DNA from: Candidatus Calescibacterium sp.
Lineage (GTDB): Bacteria > Calescibacteriota > Calescibacteriia > Calescibacteriales > Calescibacteriaceae
Length of the DNA stretch: 64,000 bases
Reading direction: 5' to 3'
NCBI GenBank assembly: GCA_032249135.1
Contig: JAVVGL010000004.1
Location: forward strand, 1-64,000
This document shows, piece after piece, positions 1-8,984 of this stretch. The position numbers and the translations under genes are program-made. The notes below the pieces were generated by a model. It made no database searches. It worked only from the letters and a program-made list of their open reading frames with translations, and had not been told where the DNA came from. How positions within the stretch are numbered: the first letter of the stretch is position 1; every line of letters begins with the position of its first letter.

Positions 1-2
1 GG

Positions 3-1325
3 AGCTACTTGAGAAATTATGAAAAGCAAATAGAGGAGAACATAGAAAAAATAAAGCTTGATGATATAGCAACCTTAGTGTATACATCTGGAACCACTGG
101 TGTTCCAAAGGGAGTTATTCAAACACACCTTAATCATCTCTCTATGGTTGAGATGCTTTATGATATTGGAGATATCAGAGATGATGATGTATGTTTGTTA
201 TTCCTCCCTCTTGCTCATTCTTTTGCAAAAGCGGTTGAGTATTCACATCCGAGATTTGGTATAAAAATAGCTTTTGCTGAAAGTATAGATAAAGTTATAG
301 ATAATCTTGCAGAGGTGAGACCTACGGTATTCCCATCAGTTCCACGAGTTTTTGAAAAAGTTTATGCAAAAGTTAGAGCTAATGCTGAGGCAAGTCCTAT
401 AAAAAAGAAAATTTTTGATTGGGCAATCTCGGTCGGTAAAAAATATGGTGATTACAAGATAAAAGGTCAAAAGCCACCTTTGGGGCTTTCTATAAAACAT
501 AAAATAGCTCATAAGCTCGTTTTCTCAAAGATTCACGAAAGGGTTGGAGGAAGAATAAGATTCTTCATATCCGGTGGAGCTCCGTTGTCAAAGGAAATAG
601 CTGAGTTTTTCTGGGCTGCTGGACTTCTAATTCTTGAAGGATATGGTCTCACAGAAACTACTCCTGCTATATCTATAAATACAACTCGTGAATTCAAATT
701 CGGAACTGTTGGGAAACCCTTGAAATGGGTTGAAGTTAAGATTGCAGAAGATGGTGAGATATTGGCTCGCGGTCCAAACATAGCGAAAGGATATTGGAAA
801 AAACCAAAAGAAACAGAGGAGGTTTTCAAGCCAGATGGTTGGTTCCACACAGGTGATATCGGTATCATAGATGAAGATGGTTTTCTGAAAATAACAGATA
901 GGAAGAAAGACCTTATAAAGACTGCTGGTGGAAAGTATGTTGCTCCGCAACCTATTGAGAATGCTATAAAGGCTGGTTCTCCTCTTATAAGTCAAGCCGT
1001 TGTCATAGGAGATGCAAGACCGTACTGTGTAGCTCTGATTACTCTCAACAAAGATGAAGTTTTGAACTTTGCAAAAGCGAAAGGATTAGATACATCAAAA
1101 AGCTATGAAGAGATAATAAATGATCCAGTAATCGTTTCAGAAATACAGAAGGTTATTGACGGAGTGAATTCAAAACTTGCTTCTTTTGAGACGATAAAGA
1201 AATTCAGAATTATTCCTCAAGATTTTATGATTGAAGACGGTTCATTAACTCCAACTTTGAAGGTAAAAAGGAAAGTTATTATGGAAAGATATAAAGATAT
1301 TATAAATGAAATGTATTCTTCTTGA
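3..1325 (+). CDS. fadD: Long-chain fatty acid-CoA ligase (AMP-binding), 5'-truncated by window edge
   Basis: YTSGTTGVPKG AMP-binding motif, EGYGLTET, WFHTGDIG, DRKKDLIKTAGGKYVAP, LTPTLKVKR; frame open to the window start. Confidence 0.9.
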   Translation, partial: SYLRNYEKQIEENIEKIKLDDIATLVYTSGTTGVPKGVIQTHLNHLSMVEMLYDIGDIRDDDVCLLFLPLAHSFAKAVEYSHPRFGIKIAFAESIDKVIDNLAEVRPTVFPSVPRVFEKVYAKVRANAEASPIKKKIFDWAISVGKKYGDYKIKGQKPPLGLSIKHKIAHKLVFSKIHERVGGRIRFFISGGAPLSKEIAEFFWAAGLLILEGYGLTETTPAISINTTREFKFGTVGKPLKWVEVKIAEDGEILARGPNIAKGYWKKPKETEEVFKPDGWFHTGDIGIIDEDGFLKITDRKKDLIKTAGGKYVAPQPIENAIKAGSPLISQAVVIGDARPYCVALITLNKDEVLNFAKAKGLDTSKSYEEIINDPVIVSEIQKVIDGVNSKLASFETIKKFRIIPQDFMIEDGSLTPTLKVKRKVIMERYKDIINEMYSS

Positions 1326-1947
1326 AAAGAAAAATAGAGTTTTTTCCTTTTATTTTATTGTTTTAACTTCGGTTTTCTTCATTTTTTCTTTTCGGCGTTC
1401 TGCTTTTGCTCAGGAGATAAAGGAAGCTTTTGAGAGTTTGAGAAAATTTCAAAGTTGGCAAGTTGAGTTCTACGAGGAAATTGTTGAAAAGGGTAGTGTA
1501 ATAGAAAGAAGGGAAGGGAAAATTTATTTTGAAAAACCTCTGAAATTCAAAATATCTTATCAAGATGGAAATGAGGTTCTCTCAGATGGAACTTTCATTT
1601 ACTTTGTAAGAAAAGATAAAAATAAGGTTTATGTGAGAGAGCTTAAAGATGAAGTTTCTGAAAATCTTATTGTTGAAATTCTGAGAGGTTCGGATAGAGT
1701 TTTTGATTTTTTCTTTGTCAAAAAAATTGACGAGGGAGAGTACGAGCTTTATCCAAAAAAAGATGTTATAAAAAATGTAAGTAGAGTCATAGTACATCTT
1801 AACCCTATTGTGTTTCCAATAAAGAAAGTTGAGATATGGAGGGGAACTTTGGGTGTAAAGCTTGAAATCAAGAATGTTTCCTTCAAAAAAGAAAGCATAA
1901 GATTTTCCTTTGAAGGCTTGAATATAATAAGAGAACCTAAATATTAA
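1306..1947 (+). CDS. lolA: Outer-membrane lipoprotein carrier LolA-like protein
   Basis: Signal peptide ending AFA; GKIYFEKPLKFKISY and VLSDGTFIYF match the LolA pattern. Confidence 0.65.
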   Translation: MKCILLEKKNRVFSFYFIVLTSVFFIFSFRRSAFAQEIKEAFESLRKFQSWQVEFYEEIVEKGSVIERREGKIYFEKPLKFKISYQDGNEVLSDGTFIYFVRKDKNKVYVRELKDEVSENLIVEILRGSDRVFDFFFVKKIDEGEYELYPKKDVIKNVSRVIVHLNPIVFPIKKVEIWRGTLGVKLEIKNVSFKKESIRFSFEGLNIIREPKY

Positions 1948-1992
1948 GAGAACTAAATGACAATTTCTATTTACTTTTAGCTCAAAAAACTA

Positions 1993-2643
1993 CTATTCCT
2001 CTTCTTTTATATTTTCATCTTCTTTATTTTCCATGGTTTCCTTCCCTTTTATTTCTTCCTCTATTCTTTCTCCTCCATTCGTTATTCTCTTTTTGTTTTC
2101 TTGTTTTTCGTTTTTTGTTGACCAAGCTTGACCCTTTAATATAAACGAGACTTTTTCATCTTCTGAATTTTTCATATTTACTATTTCTGTTCTTACCAAA
2201 AAATCACCTCTTTTTTTTGAAAGTTTTTTTGAGAAATTATTTACATTTTGGAGCTCTTTTGCTTGACCTTTGATGAGGAAATTAATCTTTGTGTCTTCCG
2301 GGATTATTTCAAGTTCTTCTAAGCTTATGTTTTTTGATGAAACTTTTGATGTTCGCAAAAGCAGGGAGTAAATATCGGCTGTTTTATTTTTGCTCATTTC
2401 CCATGATGAGTAATTTTGTCTGAGTTTGTGCAAATTCTCTTTTAGTGTTTTCATGTCTCCCTCAACTTTTTTTGATTCCTCCTCTATTGATTTTTTTAAA
2501 GAATTTATTTGTGGCTCAAATTTCTTTTTTGCCGTTATTCTAACCGATGCAAATATAAGTAAAGATATTGCTAATATAGCCAGATTCAGTTTTATCAATC
2601 TTTTGCTTTGCCTATCTAAACTTATTTTTCTAATTTTTACCAT
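1993..2643 (-). CDS. Membrane-anchored coiled-coil protein, PilN-like
   Basis: N-terminal TM helix, coiled coil, then a ferredoxin-like segment (LIKGQAK...FILKGQ) typical of PilN. Confidence 0.35.
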   Translation of the reverse strand: MVKIRKISLDRQSKRLIKLNLAILAISLLIFASVRITAKKKFEPQINSLKKSIEEESKKVEGDMKTLKENLHKLRQNYSSWEMSKNKTADIYSLLLRTSKVSSKNISLEELEIIPEDTKINFLIKGQAKELQNVNNFSKKLSKKRGDFLVRTEIVNMKNSEDEKVSFILKGQAWSTKNEKQENKKRITNGGERIEEEIKGKETMENKEDENIKEEE

Positions 2644-2764
2644 TTAATTTTTAATTTTTATCATTCTAATTCTGCTGGTAGGTCAATTAATAACAGTAAA
2701 TAAATTATAGTGAAATTTTTTTGCTTTACTCTATAAGGAAAATAATTTTGATAACCTAGTCAGT

Positions 2765-3670
2765 ATGGAGGAGATAAGAAGGCTGAAATTAATGAGGTTC
2801 GCAGATTGGGTTTTTCTTGCCGTCTCCTTTATTTTTCTTATACTTGTTGCCTCTTTTATAATTGCTGTTGTCGCTGATATATTCGTTGAGGGTTTAGGGA
2901 GGTTGAACTTAAAATTTTTCTTTTCTTTCCCTTCCCGCAGACCAGAAGAGGCTGGGATTCTTTCCGCATGGGTTGGAACATTAGCTGTTGTATCAGTAGC
3001 TATTCCTTTTGCTTTGATTTTCGGAATTCTGACGGCTATATATCTTACAGAATATGCTCCCCGGAACATTCTCACAAAAATAATAGAGGTAAATATAAAT
3101 AATCTGTCGGCTGTTCCTGCTATAATATACGGACTTATGGCGGTGGGGTTGTTTGTGCAGATTATGGGGATGGGTGAAAGCATAATAGCTGGTGGAATCA
3201 CTCTCGGACTTCTTATGTTGCCTATTGTTATTGTTGCTTCAAGGGAAGCCATTCAAACTGTTCCTTCATCTATAAAAGAAGCCTCTTATTCTCTTGGAAG
3301 TACAAAATGGGAAACTATAAGGCATCATGTATTGCCATATTGCTTTGATGGTATAATAACAGGAGCTATTGTAGGTATAACAAGAATAATAGGAGAAGCT
3401 GCTCCCCTTATTACGGTTGGGGCTTTGACATTTATTGCTTTTTTACCTCCTTCTCCTATAAAACCGACTCCTCCTTTTATTTCTTTTGATTGGCTAAAAT
3501 CTCCTTTTACTGTTTTGCCTATTCAGATGTTTAACTGGGTTTCTCGTCCGCAAGCTGGATTTCACCAAAATGCTGCGGCAACAGGCGTTGTTCTCATAAT
3601 ACTTACTGGTATTTTGATTTCTGTTGCATCTATTATAAGGTATAGGTTCAGAAAAAAAATAAGATGGTAG
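2765..3670 (+). CDS. pstA: Phosphate ABC transporter permease PstA
   Basis: AIYLTEYA, NLSAVPAIIYGL, EASYSLGSTKWETI (EAA loop), RIIGEAAPL, FTVLPIQMFNW. Confidence 0.92.
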   Translation: MEEIRRLKLMRFADWVFLAVSFIFLILVASFIIAVVADIFVEGLGRLNLKFFFSFPSRRPEEAGILSAWVGTLAVVSVAIPFALIFGILTAIYLTEYAPRNILTKIIEVNINNLSAVPAIIYGLMAVGLFVQIMGMGESIIAGGITLGLLMLPIVIVASREAIQTVPSSIKEASYSLGSTKWETIRHHVLPYCFDGIITGAIVGITRIIGEAAPLITVGALTFIAFLPPSPIKPTPPFISFDWLKSPFTVLPIQMFNWVSRPQAGFHQNAAATGVVLIILTGILISVASIIRYRFRKKIRW

Positions 3671-3690
3671 CTGATTAATAAGGAAATTTT

Positions 3691-3734
3691 TCAATCAAGG
3701 ATAAAATCTTTCAATCAAGGATAAAATCTTTCAA
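3691..3734. repeat. 20-bp perfect tandem duplication covering the plsC stop codon
   Basis: tcaatcaaggataaaatctt x2 followed by tcaa. Confidence 0.9.
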
Positions 3735-4626
3735 GCATTTTTCCTAATATATTGTAAAGCTTTTGAGTTATTTCTTTCCTTGTTTTTGTTTTTGAATCTT
3801 GCATTTTCTCATCGTAAGATTTTCCTGTCCATTGTGATTCCATAATTAAATCATTTACATCGTGTATTTTTCTACCTATTACTACTTTTATTTCTCCGCT
3901 ACGAGGAATGATTGCACCCGGAGGATATACTTTGTGGGTTCCAATTATTGCGACAGGAACTATTGGGATTTTTAATCTTTCAACTATGAATCCAACTCCT
4001 TCCTCAAATGGTAGAAGCTTTCTGATATCTCTTTGTGGATCCCCTCTTGTTCCTTCTGGGAATATACATATAGCATCAGTGTTTTGTTTTTCATCTTTCA
4101 TCAGTGAAATTACTTTTATTATTGAGTCTATTTTTTTTGATTTTCTTATCACAGGATGTTTTTGGATTGCCATTCCCCATCCTATCACCGGAATTTTCAG
4201 TACTTCCTCTTTTGCCAAAAATTTTATCTTTTTATTTTCAAATGCGAGCATTATTGATGGTATATCAAGAAAACTTATATGATTTGCATAGATCAAAAAT
4301 TTTTTTGCTTTATCTTCTGAATCTTTATTTTTTGATTTTGATTCAATTCCCCGCTCTTTTTCTTTTTCTCTTTCTTTTTCTCTGCTTTCCTCTTCAAATT
4401 CTTCTATGATTTTCAGTTTTATTCCGAAGATTTTGAAAAGGAGCTTAAACCAAATTTTTGTGTGTTTTTCTGATAAATCCTCCATCTTTCTGTTCCTTAT
4501 TATGAAGGGTATAACTATTATTGTAAAAAAAAATGGTATTGATAATAAGATGAAAATCGCAGATCTCCAAAATCTATCTATATAGTAAGCGAGATATTTA
4601 AAAAGCTTTTGTATTGCGACTTTCAT
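3715..4626 (-). CDS. plsC: 1-acyl-sn-glycerol-3-phosphate acyltransferase (lysophospholipid acyltransferase family)
   Basis: NHISFLD (HX4D), FLAKEE, IFPEGTR, IPIVPVAI motifs; charged E/K insertion before motif I. Confidence 0.85.
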   Translation of the reverse strand: MKVAIQKLFKYLAYYIDRFWRSAIFILLSIPFFFTIIVIPFIIRNRKMEDLSEKHTKIWFKLLFKIFGIKLKIIEEFEEESREKEREKEKERGIESKSKNKDSEDKAKKFLIYANHISFLDIPSIMLAFENKKIKFLAKEEVLKIPVIGWGMAIQKHPVIRKSKKIDSIIKVISLMKDEKQNTDAICIFPEGTRGDPQRDIRKLLPFEEGVGFIVERLKIPIVPVAIIGTHKVYPPGAIIPRSGEIKVVIGRKIHDVNDLIMESQWTGKSYDEKMQDSKTKTRKEITQKLYNILGKMLERFYP

Positions 4627-4709
4627 TTATGATTTACTTTTCTATTGTTGCCACTTTTTTTATTTTCTCTGTTTTTTCTTTGATATTTCTTTTCTCTAAT
4701 CTTTTTCAT

Positions 4710-7700
4710 TCAGAAAGAAAAGTATGGGAAGCTTTGCGGGTCTATGTTGTTTTTTTTCAGGAATGACTCATATTTTTCTCTTTTATCTTTGTATATGATG
4801 GAGTCAATATTGATTTTATCTAATATTTGTATTGCGTTCAGAGCTGAAATAATTTTTTCAAAGTTAGATTTTGCGTTTTCAAAATTCTCATAGGACAACT
4901 TTTCTGCTTCTCCTATTTCCCCTTCGTAAAATTTTATTCTTGAAAGGCATATTCTGAATTTTGCATCGTTTTGTGAGTCCGGGAAAATTTCTTGGGATTT
5001 TAACAAGCTTCCCTTTGCTTCTTTTATTTTCCCTTCACCTAAAAAGCAGAGAGCTTTAAGTATTTCGTATTTTGATTTTTTCTGTTTTGAATCGGTTAGA
5101 TTATAAATTTCATCTATTATTTTCTTTGCTTCTTCAAATTCTCTGATATATATTTTTATCTCTGCGAGCATTTCTTTTGCTTCTCTCACTCCATACTCAT
5201 CTCCGATTTTTTGGAAAATTTGGACACTTTGCTCAACAAAATTTTTAGCTTTTTCTGTTCTTCCTGATTCTAAAAAGATTTGTCCTAAATTTGCCAGTGC
5301 TATTGCTTCTCCTCTCACATCTAAAATTGCCCGAGCTAATTCAAGGTATTCTCTCATTAAAGTTGCTGCGGTATCTAATTCTCCGTTTGAGTAAAGAGCT
5401 ACTCCATAATTTAAAATTGCTATTCCTCTTTTCTTGAGGTTTCCTAATTTTGGAGATATTTCGTAGAATATCCCGAAGAATTTTTTTGCATTTTTGAAAT
5501 CTCCTGTTTCAATATAAAATCTGCCGATTGCGTTTACTATATCTGAAAAAGCTTCTATATCTTTTTCTTTTATTTCATCTTTGATATGGTTGAGAAGTTC
5601 TGAAATATAGGGAGTTGCGTTTTCTGGTTCTGCTTTATCTATGTAAAGGTTACATAAAAATGCGAGTGTTCTCAAATATTCTATGTGATACTTTGTTTTC
5701 TCCTCTCTTTCTTCTTGAATTGAACTTATTGCAGATTTTAGCTTCTCCAATATCTCTTTGTAGATTTTTTCTGCTTCTCTGAATTCTCCTTTTATTTGTC
5801 TGCAATCTCCTATCCATCTTTTTGTTATGAGTTTTTTTAATTCATCTTTTGCGAAATGCTCTGATAGTTCAAAAATTTCTTTGGCTTTATCAAACTGCCC
5901 TATGTGATAGAGTGTCTCTCCATAGTTTTTGAGACAGTCAAATATTTCTTCGGAGATTTGGTCAGCTTTTTCTTTTTTTATTTTGTTTATGAGATTTGCT
6001 GCTTTTTCATACTGTTCAATTGCTCCTTTTAGGTTGATTTTTTCTAATAAAATGTCCCCCGCTTTTTTATACATAAGGAGAGCTTCATCAAACATTTCTG
6101 CTTTTTCTGCTTGGTCAGCTGCTATGAGAACACAAGTTATATCAGAGCCACTTATTTCTTTTGCTGAATTGAAAAGCTTCATATGAATTTCGTATCTTTT
6201 TGATTTCAGAAGAGTTTCATAAGCTACCTCTTTTATGAGGTTTTGCTTGAAGAATATAAAATCTCCCTCTTCATCTATGATGTCTTTTTCTTCAAGATAA
6301 TTTATTGCGGTTTGGAAAACCTCTGGGGCAAAGATTCTTTTTACTACTGGTTTGTAAATGGTGTTGAGGCAAGAAAGAGTAAATAATACTTGTTTTGTTT
6401 GTGGAGGCAGTCTATCTATTCGTGAGAGTATGACTTGTCGGATTCCTATTGCTTTTGGAAGAGAAAATGAGCTTTTTAAGAAAACTTTGCCATCTTGTTC
6501 TTCAAAAGCGTTATTTTCCCTCATAAGTTCTAATATTTCTCTTATGAAAAACGGATTACCATCTGTTTTTTCCCATATTAATTTTGCTACTGAATTATCT
6601 ACGCTTTTTCCGAGCATTTTTGAGATAAACTTTTCTGTCTCGTATATATCAAATCTTTCAAGAGTTATTATGTGCCAGTTTTTCAGCTTAGTTTCATCTA
6701 TTGATCCTTTTTCAAATCCTATAACTACCGAGAAATTAATATTATTTGAGTTTTGAGAGATTTTGAATATTATTTCCTGACTTGGGGTATCTGCTTTATC
6801 AAAGTTATCTATAATAAGAATTTTGCCATGTATTAGTTCAGATAGCAACTTTAATGTTGTGTTGAGAACTTCCTCATCAAGTTTTTCGGGAGAAAGATAT
6901 TTTAGAGGAGAGTTCAGGAAAGCTACTCCAAGTATATATCCTAATATATGGTGAGATACTACATATTTTTCTGCCAGCTCAATTATTGCATCTTTGTCTT
7001 GGTCTTTTATTTTAGATGAAAGTATATCTTTTATTATGCTATATGGGGTTTCCTTTGATACAAGCTTTACTTGAACCACATCATCTCTTGAAGATGAGAA
7101 GAAATCTATGAACATGGATACACCTATTCCTGCTTCTCCTGTTATTGCAATAAATTTTGGATGAGATTTGAGAATTTCCTTTATTTTTTCAAGTTCTTTT
7201 TCTCTTCCTATAAATTCGGTCTTTTGTTTTTTTATTCCTTGGAGTAAAAATACTTTTATATCTTTTGTTTTACCTTTTAGTTTTATATCAACTTCTTTAT
7301 AGTCAAATTCAGCTTTTGTGATGAGGTATGTGTTTTCATCAACAAGAATTTCCCATGGTTTTGATTCTTCTTCAAGACGTTTTGCGATATTCACTGTATC
7401 GCCCATAGCTGTGTAATCTTTTGAGCTTTCTGAAATTGAACCAACAACTGCCTCTCCTGTTGCTATACCGCAGTGCAAAGATATATCTTTGTAGTTTTGT
7501 TTTATGAAATTCATCATTTCCAGAGCACACATTACAGCTCTTTTTGAATCATCTCCATGAGCCACTGGTGCTCCGAACAAAGCCATCACTTCATCTCCTA
7601 TGAATTTATCAACATGCCCTCCATATTTTTTTACAATATCTGCCAGTTTCCTCAAAACATCTCCAATAAAGAACTGCAACTCCTCTGGGTCAAGTTTTTC

Positions 7701-8096
7701 AGAGAGTGAAGTAAATCCCGATATATCTGCAAACAGTACAGATATTGGTCTTCTTTCTGTTTCTGTTTGTTTTTCTTCTGATGGTAATACTTCTTCTATG
7801 ATTTGTTTTTTACCATCTCCCTTTTCTTCCAACAATAATTTTTTCTTTTCTTCTTCTGCTGGAGGTTTTTCTATGATTTCTTTTTGTCGTTGTTTTTCTT
7901 GTTTTTGTTCCTGTGTTTCTATTATTTCTTCTTTTTGTGGCTTTGCTTGAAGTTGAGTTCCACATTCACCGCAGAATTTGAAGTTTGGAGGGTTTTCAAA
8001 TCCGCAGTTTGGACATATGTTTTTCAGCTTGCTCCCGCATTCTCCACAGAATTTGAAATTCTGAGGATTTTCAAAACCACAACTCGGACATTTCAT
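4710..8096 (-). CDS. Double zinc-ribbon + class III adenylate/guanylate cyclase + AAA/STAND-like ATPase + TPR protein
   Basis: CPSC..FCGECG x2; VLFADISGFT, DKFIGDEVMA, GDTVNIAKRL; FIGREKEL, GEAGIGVS, TDGNPFFIREI; C-terminal TPR-like helices. Confidence 0.88.
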   Translation of the reverse strand: MKCPSCGFENPQNFKFCGECGSKLKNICPNCGFENPPNFKFCGECGTQLQAKPQKEEIIETQEQKQEKQRQKEIIEKPPAEEEKKKLLLEEKGDGKKQIIEEVLPSEEKQTETERRPISVLFADISGFTSLSEKLDPEELQFFIGDVLRKLADIVKKYGGHVDKFIGDEVMALFGAPVAHGDDSKRAVMCALEMMNFIKQNYKDISLHCGIATGEAVVGSISESSKDYTAMGDTVNIAKRLEEESKPWEILVDENTYLITKAEFDYKEVDIKLKGKTKDIKVFLLQGIKKQKTEFIGREKELEKIKEILKSHPKFIAITGEAGIGVSMFIDFFSSSRDDVVQVKLVSKETPYSIIKDILSSKIKDQDKDAIIELAEKYVVSHHILGYILGVAFLNSPLKYLSPEKLDEEVLNTTLKLLSELIHGKILIIDNFDKADTPSQEIIFKISQNSNNINFSVVIGFEKGSIDETKLKNWHIITLERFDIYETEKFISKMLGKSVDNSVAKLIWEKTDGNPFFIREILELMRENNAFEEQDGKVFLKSSFSLPKAIGIRQVILSRIDRLPPQTKQVLFTLSCLNTIYKPVVKRIFAPEVFQTAINYLEEKDIIDEEGDFIFFKQNLIKEVAYETLLKSKRYEIHMKLFNSAKEISGSDITCVLIAADQAEKAEMFDEALLMYKKAGDILLEKINLKGAIEQYEKAANLINKIKKEKADQISEEIFDCLKNYGETLYHIGQFDKAKEIFELSEHFAKDELKKLITKRWIGDCRQIKGEFREAEKIYKEILEKLKSAISSIQEEREEKTKYHIEYLRTLAFLCNLYIDKAEPENATPYISELLNHIKDEIKEKDIEAFSDIVNAIGRFYIETGDFKNAKKFFGIFYEISPKLGNLKKRGIAILNYGVALYSNGELDTAATLMREYLELARAILDVRGEAIALANLGQIFLESGRTEKAKNFVEQSVQIFQKIGDEYGVREAKEMLAEIKIYIREFEEAKKIIDEIYNLTDSKQKKSKYEILKALCFLGEGKIKEAKGSLLKSQEIFPDSQNDAKFRICLSRIKFYEGEIGEAEKLSYENFENAKSNFEKIISALNAIQILDKINIDSIIYKDKREKYESFLKKNNIDPQSFPYFSF

Positions 8097-8161
8097 ACCT
8101 TATAGAAATTTTAGTAGTTTTTTACTTTCAGAATTTAGTTGTAAAAAATAAATGAACTATA

Positions 8162-8857
8162 TTAGGAGACAAATCTGATTTTTTTGGGTTCTTGAATTTG
8201 CATAACTTCTCCTGCTGGTTTCATAACAATTAGACCAGATCTTAAAGCATATATATCAGCACCTTTGCCAAATCTTATACCAGCAATAGCACCTATCAAT
8301 TTATACCCTTTATATTCTTCAAGGAAAAAGAAGAATTTTCTCATGTCTTCTAAGAGCTCATCCACATCTCGTGAAGAAACTTTTGTTTTAGCAGACACCA
8401 ACAGAATTACTTTCTCTTTTTTGTTGTTTTTATTTGATTTCACACAGACCAAATATAAATCATATTCAGCTTTCTCACCGTCTCGTGAAACTTTTGCTTC
8501 CGGATATACTCCAACTACCTTAAATCCTTTTCCCTCCATAAACTTTATAGCTGAGGGTTCAATCATGCCTTCAACGAATTCTCCCCAGCTACCTGTTAGA
8601 CGACTAATTTCAGTTTTCAATTTTCTTATCTCCTCGGAAGTTTTTGCAACCTCTTCGGAAGTTTTATCAACTCTCTCGGAGGTTTTGGCGATAATTTCCC
8701 TTAACTCTCTAAATCCTCTTTCGTTTTCTTCGGATATTTCTTTTATTCTTTTTGATACTTTTTCCCCTTCCTCAATTAGTTTCTGAAGTGCTTTTTCTAT
8801 TATATCTATTCTGGTTAGCCTATTTCTTTTTCTTTTTGCGACCGCTTCTTTCTTCAT
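8162..8857 (-). CDS. Coiled-coil + PD-(D/E)XK-like domain protein (DUF3782-like)
   Basis: KTSE heptad repeats, LTGSWGEFVE, AEYDL, VSAKTKV, YKGYKLIGAIAG, YALRSGLIV pattern. Confidence 0.6.
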   Translation of the reverse strand: MKKEAVAKRKRNRLTRIDIIEKALQKLIEEGEKVSKRIKEISEENERGFRELREIIAKTSERVDKTSEEVAKTSEEIRKLKTEISRLTGSWGEFVEGMIEPSAIKFMEGKGFKVVGVYPEAKVSRDGEKAEYDLYLVCVKSNKNNKKEKVILLVSAKTKVSSRDVDELLEDMRKFFFFLEEYKGYKLIGAIAGIRFGKGADIYALRSGLIVMKPAGEVMQIQEPKKIRFVS

Positions 8858-8920
8858 AAGAAAATTTTAATGCTTCAAGTAGTGTTTCAAGACAAGATAG
8901 AACTTTTTTGGAAGGAGGTA

Positions 8921-8975
8921 AAAGAAAGAAAAAAGAGGGGGATGGTACTGATTGGATTAACTAAACCATCCCCCT
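8921..8975 (-). terminator. Rho-independent terminator of the PKD lipoprotein gene
   Basis: 11-bp perfect stem agggggatggt/accatccccct followed on the minus strand by a T-rich tail. Confidence 0.8.
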
Positions 8976-8984
8976 ACATTAGCT

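Noticed and set aside
2731-3252. 173-aa antisense ORF, and similar shadows such as 8265-8786, 17904-18587, 19555-20106, 53690-54208, 54374-54964
   Set aside because: They lie opposite well-supported genes and have no motifs; expected antisense shadows
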